A DNA stretch of 64,000 bases from Massalongia carnosa. Taxonomy: Eukaryota. The notes beneath the pieces are model-generated. The model worked only from the letters and a program-made list of their open reading frames with translations. It made no database searches and was not told the DNA's origin. This document shows, one piece after another, positions 50,457 to 59,435 of this stretch (position 1 is its first letter; each line of letters begins with the position of its first letter). A program made the translations under genes and the position numbers. Where the stretch lies: NCBI GenBank assembly GCA_965645245.1, contig OZ287079.1, positions 1,240,001 to 1,304,000 of the forward strand. The letters are read 5' to 3'.

Positions 50457-52971
50457 ATGATCACGGATCAGGAAGCTATTGAGTTGAAGATTTGGGTTGT
50501 CAAAAAACTCGAGGATATGTAAGCAGCAGCGCGCGCTTTCATAGGAGTGATGGCTACTTGAAGCTATCTGCTCACATGCTTACAATTTTTCGTCATCGAT
50601 AGCTCAGATGCCGACTCCGATGTCCTCGCCGACTACGTTCTAGCTCTGATCCGTGCAGATACTCCTGAGCCGGAACTGAGACTTAATGCCATTGAAAACC
50701 TTGAGGATTTTCTAAAAGAGAGTATGTTTCTAAATCTTTTGCTATAAATTCCACCATCGCTAGCTAATGCTAAAATGTCGCTTCAAACAGACACAGCGGA
50801 ATTTGTGGATGCTATATTCCTTGCTATACATAGCCGGTCATATATGCCAAGATATGCGCCCGAAACGAGCACGCCCACAGAAAAATCATCTCTCCCACTA
50901 TCTACGCTCGCTGCAGCACAGCTCCAAGGTTCTAATCGGCCGGTTGGCGTTGGAGAGACAGTCCAATCACGAAAACGTTCCTACAGTGATAGACCTGAGG
51001 ATGGCGATTCCCATTACGGCAGAGGTGATCGAAACCTGAAGCAAATGCGCCGAGCTGGTGGACGCAGTGGAAGAGCCGATGCGCTTGGTCCACGGGGAGG
51101 GGGGAGAGGAGGATTTCAGCATACTGCAATTTCTCCTATCTTACCCCAAGGGCCACCTTTAGGATTCCTTGGTACTACGATACCACCTCCTAGCCTTCCA
51201 TTTGACGCTAGTGATCCAATTGCCGCGATGATGGCTATGCAAGCCATGGGCTTACCAGCATTTCCGGGTATCCCTCAGCTTCCGCAACCTACATCACCCG
51301 CAAGTTTTGAGCCCTTTGGAGCACAACCAGCAACAAATTCGGATCGCTCAAACAAACCCACTAGTAAAGTACGTTGCAGGGACTACGATACAAAGGGTTA
51401 TTGTACAAGAGGGAACTCGTGTCCTTACGCGCACGGCCATGATCATATTGTTGTGCCGGGCCAGGAGGGTAGGGCCAGAATAACTTCGATGCCGGGCAGG
51501 GCTAACAGGCTACAGAATACGATCCCAAGAACGCGGTAATGATGGATATTCAAAGAACACCATCGAATGCAAATGGCCATGGTAACTTCAACGGACAACG
51601 AGGCAACTTTAACGATCGTGGTTGGGAAAGAGGAAGGGGCGATCGTGCCGGATTCGTTCCACCCAGGCGGAATCGCGCCGAATTTTCCCACAGCGGTCCT
51701 AACCATGATCGTTCAATAACTACGATTGTTGTTGAACAAATACCGGAGGAGCGATTTGATGAACCTTCGGTACGAGAGTTTTTTTCTGAGTTTGGAAAGA
51801 TTGAGGAAGTCACAATGCAACCATACAAACGCTTAGCGCTGGTCAGATATCAAGAATATGTTGCCGCGCGTAGAGCCTATGATAGTCCTAAAGTCATTTT
51901 CGAGAACCGGTTTGTAAAGGTATACTGGTACAAGCCCAATACAGAATCTGGGGTGCCCCTCAACGGTACATTTAGGAAACAGCCTTCTGTCCCATCTGGC
52001 GCCGAGGAGCAGGCGTATGATAAGGAGATGTTCGAACGAGACGCGATGACTGTGCAAAAGAAGCTCGAGGAAAAAAAGGTATTGTTGCGAGATACCGAGG
52101 CCAAAAGACAAGCGCTCGAAAAGCAAAGAGATGAGCTCGCGCAGAGACAAGCCGAAGAGAAGAGAAAGCTCATGGAAAAGCTTGCGGCTAAAACGAAAGC
52201 AAAAGGTACCCTCCCTAGTGATGGCAAAGGCACTTCAAACCTCAAAGCGAACGGCACGGATGAGGGAGATGATGGAAAGACAAGTGCACAAACCAAAGCG
52301 TTAAGGGCGCAAGTAGCTGCATTGGAGGCTGAAGCTAAAAGCCTCGGTCTTGACACTACGTTGACGGATGATCCTTGGTTACCAAGAGGTCGCGGAAGGG
52401 GAAGGGGACGAGGCTCCTACCGTGGCTGGGAAGGGTTTTCAGGCAGAGGAGTTAGCTTTGAATCACCCAGGGGTGGTAGCAGGGGTAGAGGGCCATTTCG
52501 CGGCCCTCGAGCGAGTGGGGCGTATAATCTGGACAACCGCACTAGAAAAGTTGGAGTAACAGGTGTGGAATTTGATGCCAAAAAGGATGAAGCTCTGAGA
52601 CAGTATCTACTGGTAAGTCTCCGACTGGGAATCGATCGTTCAGACAGACAAGGTTCCGAAGATTAACGGGATTGCAGGGCATTGGTGAATTCGAGGCTAT
52701 AGAGACTGTGCCCGACCGGACAGATTCGCAAATCATTTGCTTCAAGGACCGATTTACGGCAGAGCAGTTTATGTACGGATCAAAGGATATTCCCTCGGTA
52801 GGAAAACTGGAGTTTAGTTGGGTGAACATGTCGACACCGCCCATCAGACCTAACCCGAAACCGATGACTTTTGAAGGTAATGGCGGGATGCGCGATGTAA
52901 CGACAGACGACAAGATCACAACAGATGTGGATTATGATGTAGCCGAAGAAGATGATCGATGGATGGAGTAA
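50457..52971 (+). CDS. RBM26/27 (Rmn1)-like PWI-CCCH-RRM RNA-binding protein
   Basis: PWI-like SDADSDVLADYVLAL, CCCH finger CRDYDTKGYCTRGNSCPYAH, RRM (TTIVVEQIPEE...FGKIEEV), RGG tracts, LDNRTR before a second RRM-like exon. Four GT-AG introns. Confidence 0.82.
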
Positions 52972-53108
52972 GGAGATTTCAGACATCGTTGATTACAGCA
53001 AGATTCATTATTAGTATGTATTTTAACTAGAATCTCGTTAATCGAGTAATATTTTAATTCTCAGGACTGTAATCTGCATCGGAAATCCGAAAGATAATTG
53101 AAAGACCA

Positions 53109-53394
53109 TGTTGAATGTTCAACTTCTATCAGCACAACTAGAGACTAGATTAGATCAGATCTATTCTAATCGTATCGATTACTTAAGACCTTGAACAATG
53201 TCTTAAACATTCTAGACTCGAATAAATTATTATCACTTCGTGTTAAATAGCGGTTGATTTGTACAGCTGGGATTGGGTGTCGCTTAGATAGCGCTAAGCC
53301 TTGTTCATTGAACATGTCGAATGAACCTATTCGTGCTATTCTAGATAGCTATACAGTCAATGCGATTACCTGCAACCAGAGTCTCCTTTAAACT
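53109..53394 (+). repeat. Putative Copia 5' LTR (~286 bp)
   Basis: Begins TGTTGAA and ends AACT directly before the PBS-like motif. The second LTR is not available to confirm the ends. Confidence 0.55.
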
Positions 53395-53406
53395 GGTAAT
53401 GAGCCC
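53395..53406 (+). promoter_or_regulatory. Copia primer-binding site, half-tRNA(iMet) type
   Basis: GGTAATGAGCCC is one mismatch from GGTTATGAGCCC, which is complementary to the initiator-tRNA anticodon arm. Confidence 0.7.
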
Positions 53407-53463
53407 GGTCAGAAACAAGCTTCTGAACATCAGGAAAGGATATAGCTCTTCGCAAACCGTTAT

Positions 53464-53846
53464 CTCGGCAGCTCGACTACGATTCCTTTAGGTAGAGTAG
53501 GAAGAATCAGCACCTCGGCAGCTCCTTACGATTCCTATGGTAGGATAAACCAAGCACCTCGGCAGCTCCTTACGATTCCTGTGGTAGGATAAACCAGCAC
53601 CTCGGCAGCTCGACTACGATTCTTTTAGGTAGGAAGAATCAGCATCTCGGCAGCTCGACTACGATTCCTTTAGATAGGAAGAATCAGCATCTCGGTAGCT
53701 CGACTACGATTCCTTTAGATCGGAAGAATCAGCACTTCGGCAGCTCATTACGATTCCTTTAGATAGGAAGAATCAGCACTTCGGCAGCTCATTACGATTC
53801 CCTTAGGTAGGAAAAAGCAGCACACGCACTTTCGGCAGCTTGATAC
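53464..53846 (+). repeat. Tandem array of ~43-51-bp units (8 plus a partial) in the Copia leader
   Basis: Consensus TCGGCAGCTCGACTACGATTCCTTTAG(G/A)TAGGAAGAATCAGCA(C/T)(C/T). Units start near 53465, 53515, 53559, 53602, 53647, 53692, 53737, 53781 and 53832. Confidence 0.95.
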
Positions 53847-53875
53847 GAAGGAAAACAACAAACACAAATTACAAA

Positions 53876-56800
53876 ATGACAACAATTGCAGACGATCTAG
53901 CTAAAGGAAGACCTTTGCCCATTTTAACTAGGGAAAATTATCAAAGATGGTTCGAACTATCCGAAATGCACTTCGAGGCGGAGGGCATCTTCCACACCAT
54001 CAGCGACCCACAGCTAAACCTCAATCTAACAGCACTTCTCCAGCAGCAAATGAACAAACTGAGCATTGATAGAAATAGAAAGGAGAAGACAAGCACTCCT
54101 CTCACTCCAGGTACCCCAATCGTGGAATCAGAAAGTTGGAAAAAGGATAACGCGAAGGCATGTTATCTCATTACCATTTGCTTAGGTCAATTCGATCAAG
54201 AACGCGTACGGGCAATAAAAACAGCGGCAGAGAAATGCACCTCGCTGTTCAAAAAATACAGCAACATACTTCCCACATCAGGAAGACAATATCTCCAAGA
54301 GCTGGTGTCATACAAGATGGAACAAAACACCACTATTCAGGAGGCATGGGGGGAACTTCTGTTGTTGAGAGACAAGGTCATCATGGCCACGCCCAAACTT
54401 CGCGATGCATTTTCCACTCAGCAACTCTTTCAACTGCTCTACAATCGCTCCCGGCTGAATACGCCGTCATCAAAGACGGAATTGACGCGATTGGAGGGGT
54501 AGATGCCGAAATCGGCATAAAAAGACTGGAAGACAAGGAAATGCAGCCGACACAATCAAAGGTCGAAGAAGCTCTGCTCGCAAAGCAAAAGCGAGAGTGA
54601 AGGCTGTTCAATTTATCAAGAAGCCACAGCACATCCAAACAGCCCAAGCGCGATAGCTCCACGAGCTCAAGAAGAGGAGCAAAGGACAAGGAAGAATCAA
54701 GAAAGGGCTGCTTCATCTGCGGGGACGAGTCTCATCGAATGAAAGAATGTGACTTCCTAGAGAGCGCACGTTCGCATGCTAAAGACCTGGCAAAGAGGAA
54801 GAAGAGAATCGGCAAGCAATCCGCCAAGCGCTATCGAAGCTATCTCGCCGACGAATCAGAAGAGGAAGACGAAGAAGAAGATTTCGCATCAAGCAATGAT
54901 GATGACCCCGAAGAAACTGCGGCTCTCTCTGGAGAAGCAGTCAGTAAGATCCCCAGATCAAAATGGGTAGCTGACTCCGGTACATCGTCTCATATGACTG
55001 ACGCTCTTCAACTCTTTAGTGGACCTCTGACCAGAATCAGAAGACGAAAGATAAAGGTCGGCGGAGGAGAGCTATACGCTCATCATCGCGGCACATGTGT
55101 GATTAAGGACAAGCATGGCAATCGAGGATTTCTTACTTCTGTTCTCTACGTCCCCAAGTTGGGGGTTAATCTTCTATCTGGCAGGCGAATGTGTGAGAAG
55201 GGTCTCATTGGAAGTTTCAATCAGCATGGGCTACGAATGCATGATAAGCAAGGTAATGAAATCTTGGAAGCACGACAGCGAGGGGGAGTATATATTGTCG
55301 AGAAAATAGCAAAAGATCTCGATGAATTTGCTTTAACCGCATCCATGCATCATGACACTACCTTTCTAAGCATGCAGGATCAGGTAAAACCGCGCGGCGC
55401 GGATTCAACGTCCCTGCCACATGATCAAATGAATATCGAAACAGCGTCAACACGCACTCCAAACAAGGCTGACAAGATCCTCGAAACGTACAGGCTATGG
55501 CACCGAAGATTTGCCTACTTAGGTCGAGAAAAGCTGCGCAATCTGCACAAAGTGACCACTCTAGAAAAACCAATTCCAATCAGCAAAGATGAAGATCACG
55601 TCTGCGAGGTATGCGCCCCCACCAAGCTCACCAATAAAAGAGGCAAGACAACCGAACGAAAAACCTCTCTCTTGGTGTTAGTCTCTATCGACATCTGCGG
55701 CCCTTTGCCTGCTTCTCGAGAAGGATAAATATATTTCCTGGAAATTGTGGATAACTATTCCAGAAAGATATGGTCCATTCCGCTCAAGAAACGAGAAGAA
55801 GCACCAGGAGAACTGCGGAAATGGAGGCTAAAGGTCGAGCTGCAAAGCGGACAACGATTGCTGGCTGTACGAAGCGATAATGCCACCGAATTGAAGGCCA
55901 CATTGGACGAATGGTGCTCTTCAATCGGCATCGTCCCACAATACACCGTACCCCATATGTCCATTCAAAACGGAGTCGCCGAGCGGGCCATCCGCACCAC
56001 CGAGAACTCGGTGCGAGCCATGACAAAGGACGCAGGACTCCTTATCGAATTCTGGAAGGAGGCTATGGAAGCGGACGCATATCTTCGCAATCGTACGGGA
56101 TGTGGACCAATTCTCGACGGCAATACAAGCACACCAGAGGAGGCTTTCACCGGCATCAAGCCATCCATTGATCACATCCGCATCTGGGGCTGCAAATGCT
56201 ACTCATACGTCGACCCAAATCGCTGCCTCCAGGAGGAAGACGGGACAAGTTCATGGATAGAGGAAGGGTAGGAGTGTTCATGGGATACGTAGAGGAGACT
56301 ACCAAGCAGTATCATCTCTGGGCACCTGATCTAGGGAGAGTTATCAGAAGTCATGTGGTGAAGTTTGATGAAAATCTGAAGGGTGGCGACAAGGATTTAA
56401 AGCTGCGAAAGCAGACTCTCAACATGTTACCCGAAAGACGCCCAGTAGGAAGACCACAAAAAGAGATGAAAGACAGCGAACCTGCTGCCAAAATCTTGGA
56501 AAGATTTTTACATGTGGAGATTCCTAGCAACGAAGATCAACCAACACATGAAGCTCCTGACCAACCAAATCCAAACAATGATGTCACCTAAGACGCACAA
56601 CCAACATCAATTCCCGATCTAGCCCTAATCACGAATGACCCAGCTCCCGCTGCAGCCACATCAGCTCCTGCCGCAACCGCACCCATATTCTCACATGTGG
56701 CGATCCCTAAGCGCAAACGATCCAATGAAGATTTAGCTTCCGAGGAACCAGCTTTCAAAATACCTCGCGCCTTCCTGGCATTATTCGCTGATGACAAAGA

Positions 56801-57197
56801 CAATGACGAAGATGGACATCTCAAATGGGAGTCTGCCATGTCAGCAAATACGTTTTCGTCAGGAAAGAACATACCAACACCTAGACCTTATCGCGAAGCG
56901 GTGAATGATCCAGTGTGGGGGGAGTTATGGAAGGAAGCAGTGGACACCGAGATCAACGCGCTGATTAGCAATAAGACATGGAAAGAAGCTGTCCCACCTC
57001 CAAAAACAAATATTGTCACTTGCAAATGGGTATTCAAGGTCAAACTGAATATCGACGGCTCGTTGGAGAAGTTAAAGGCAAGATTAGTCGCCCGTGGATT
57101 TACCCAGAAATACGGCATCGACTATGCGGACACTTTTGCTCCCACGGTAAGATCAGACACTATACGCACAGTACTCGCTATAGTAGCCCTGGAGAAT
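53876..57197 (+). pseudogene. Copia gag-pol polyprotein, disrupted
   Basis: Gag LTRENYQRWF, zinc knuckle CFICGDESHRMKEC, protease WVADSGTSSHMT, GAG-pre-integrase LWHRRFAYLG, integrase DICGP/RSDNATE/QNGVAER, RT start KWVFKVK...KARLVARGF. Frameshifts at ~54440 and ~56218; in-frame stops at 54598 and 55726. Confidence 0.9.
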
Positions 57198-58214
57198 TGT
57201 AATATGGATGGCGCTAGAAGGATACGTGATCGCCTACGGCGGTTGCGGGATTAACTAGCATGAGCCAGGCCGTAGTACTTAGTCGCACAGCCGTCGAGGT
57301 TGACACAACGCCACCTTGCCACACAACTCCGAATTAGTTGTTACTACGTTCTAGACTGCTTACAGATCAAATACCTGTCGAGGCCGTGGTGGTAGATTGC
57401 CATGGAGTAAGGCGAACTCCTGTGGAGAAGCCGTGAACTCTATATGGAATCTACTGGCCTACTCGGAGCTACTCGATCTCTTGATGGATCAAGAGTTGTA
57501 GCAGGAGGCACGGCTAGCTGGACGCAGCTTGAGCCGGTGTAAACTTCAGCTTCAACCTTTATTGCTACGTTGGTAGTGATGTCGGCTGAATCAACCTACA
57601 TGACCTTGTGGTCTAGACCTTGTGTCTAGGGGCAGGTCCGCAGTGTAGATAGAGATTCAGTCGGAGGTAACCTTCCATCGCTACGTTGGTAGTGGTGACG
57701 GCGAAATGAAGCTACATAGCCTCGGCGTCTAGACTTTATGTTTAGAGGCAGGCTAGCAATGTAGTGAGGGATCTAGCCGGAGGTAGAAGTGTTCTACCTT
57801 GCAAGGGAAGGTCTAGAAGGCTGCTCGAGGCTGACTAGATGATCCAGCGAACGCCGAGTTCGTAGATGGATCCTGAAGGATGGTTAGATGTAAGGTGATA
57901 AGGTCAGAAGTGGGTTGCAAGGCTCCTAAGGTTCCAAGGCTCCCAAGGCTATAGGCTTGGGGTGAGTAGGATAAATACCAGAACGAATCCTGTAGTATTC
58001 GTTAGCAATTAGTCTTTATTCTATGAACAACCTACGTTTGGGTCTCGGACGAGATCTCTTGGTCTAAGCACTTTCACATCCATTAGTTCTTTGGATCACG
58101 TATACTCTCGGAGACCAGCATGTAGTAGCTATCTTCCACCTCTCACGCTGAGCATTTCCCCTTTCGAGATCAGTGTCGCTCGTGATAAGCTTACTGGTCT
58201 CGTAGCCCATTACA
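57198..58214 (+). repeat. Gypsy 5' LTR (1017 bp)
   Basis: Starts TGTAAT exactly where the Copia RT breaks (..ALEN) and ends in the inverted ATTACA. TATA-like GATAAATA at ~57970. Confidence 0.8.
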
Positions 58215-58304
58215 ATTCTAATTGCTCTCATACCCTACGGGTCAGCCAGCCCGTTTGGAGGAAGCTTAGCTAGTGGAGCCATCTGTTTTTGAACTCCGCA
58301 AACG

Positions 58305-59435
58305 ATGTCATCAAACTCTCGCCCTCGCAGGAACGCTCGGCAAGGTCCAACAAGATCTCCCCAGGCGGAAGAGTCACCGACACCAAGCACTGGGGAAGCT
58401 ACGGGCCCTGCTAAATACACAGAGGAAGATCTGCAGAGAATCACAAAGCTCTGCATGGAGTCGTTCCTCCAGGCACAAGGTAGTCGCCATGAAGGCCCCC
58501 GAGAAGGTCAGTTGAAAGCTCGGTTCCCGGATCTCTACTATGGAAAGTCCCATATGGAGTGTTACCATTTCTGCCAACAATGCGAAGACCACTTTGATAC
58601 CGCCGGCGCCACCGGGTCAAACCGAACACCCTTTGCCGCATCTTTCCTTCGTGGCCGGATTAGCTTTCGTTGGCACCAGCACAAACGTCGAAGCCAAGGC
58701 GAAGAGGTAGGACCTTTGTCTTGGACCGAGTTCAAGGCTTTCCTTCGGAAGAATCTTGGAGACTCCAGGGCTTTGGTGGACGCAACCTGGAGTAGGATCA
58801 AGCGGGACTCCCAGTATCAACAAGAAGAAGTTCAGGATTGGGCTTCTCACCTGGAACATCTGCAATCGATACTCCTGGAGTTTGATGCTGAGGGAGCTCC
58901 AGAGGAGTCGGACCTTATCCGGTTCTTTCGTGAAGGCCTCAAGCCTTCGATAAAGGCCCAGATGGAACAAGGAGGAAGGGAAGTAGACAGTTGGGAGGAG
59001 CTGGTCGAAAAAGCTATCGATGCTGAGGCAAAAGCTAGCCTGCAGCCGCAATCGATCATCCGTGAGATGGATCAGCGTTGTCCACATGGAAACCGGCCCG
59101 CTCATGCCACTGTGGCCAAACCCCAGACCTCTACTCGAGACCCTCGAGACGAGCCTAGCGAAAAGCCCAAACCGTCGGGTCCGAAGCAATCAAACTCCTC
59201 GCGCGCAGAGAACAGCGAGATTGCTGACAAGAAAGCTCGGAAAGAAAAGAAAAGGCAGCGACGTCTTGATCAAGCTCGAGATCGGAAAGGCTCGGAGTCC
59301 ACTCCGGCCACCGGTGCCAACACTTCCAGCGGCACCAGCAAGGACTTGTCCCAAATCACCTGCTTCAACTGCAACAAGAAGGGACACTACTCAAGTACTT
59401 GTCGCGAGTCCAAGAAGGACGCCTCAAAAAACTAG
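58305..59435 (+). CDS. gag: Gypsy Gag
   Basis: Intact 376-aa ORF with capsid-like region (SWTEFKAFLRKNL, FREGLKPSIK) and CCHC knuckle CFNCNKKGHYSSTC. Confidence 0.9.
   Translation: MSSNSRPRRNARQGPTRSPQAEESPTPSTGEATGPAKYTEEDLQRITKLCMESFLQAQGSRHEGPREGQLKARFPDLYYGKSHMECYHFCQQCEDHFDTAGATGSNRTPFAASFLRGRISFRWHQHKRRSQGEEVGPLSWTEFKAFLRKNLGDSRALVDATWSRIKRDSQYQQEEVQDWASHLEHLQSILLEFDAEGAPEESDLIRFFREGLKPSIKAQMEQGGREVDSWEELVEKAIDAEAKASLQPQSIIREMDQRCPHGNRPAHATVAKPQTSTRDPRDEPSEKPKPSGPKQSNSSRAENSEIADKKARKEKKRQRRLDQARDRKGSESTPATGANTSSGTSKDLSQITCFNCNKKGHYSSTCRESKKDASKN

Larger units (their letters stand above)
53109..57197 (+). mobile_element. Decayed Ty1/Copia LTR retrotransposon, 5' part, interrupted in RT
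   Basis: Domain order gag-PR-IN-RT. Putative LTR from TGTTG at 53109 to ~53394, PBS-like GGTAATGAGCCC next. The 3' half is not in the window. Confidence 0.9.

Noticed and set aside
53464..53846. CRISPR-like appearance of the repeat array
   Set aside because: Sequences between the conserved cores are homologous to each other rather than unique spacers. There are no cas genes and the context is a eukaryotic retrotransposon leader.
54598..54600. Programmed stop read-through in the Copia polyprotein
   Set aside because: The TGA lies before the Gag zinc knuckle and the element has several other lesions, so simple decay is more likely.
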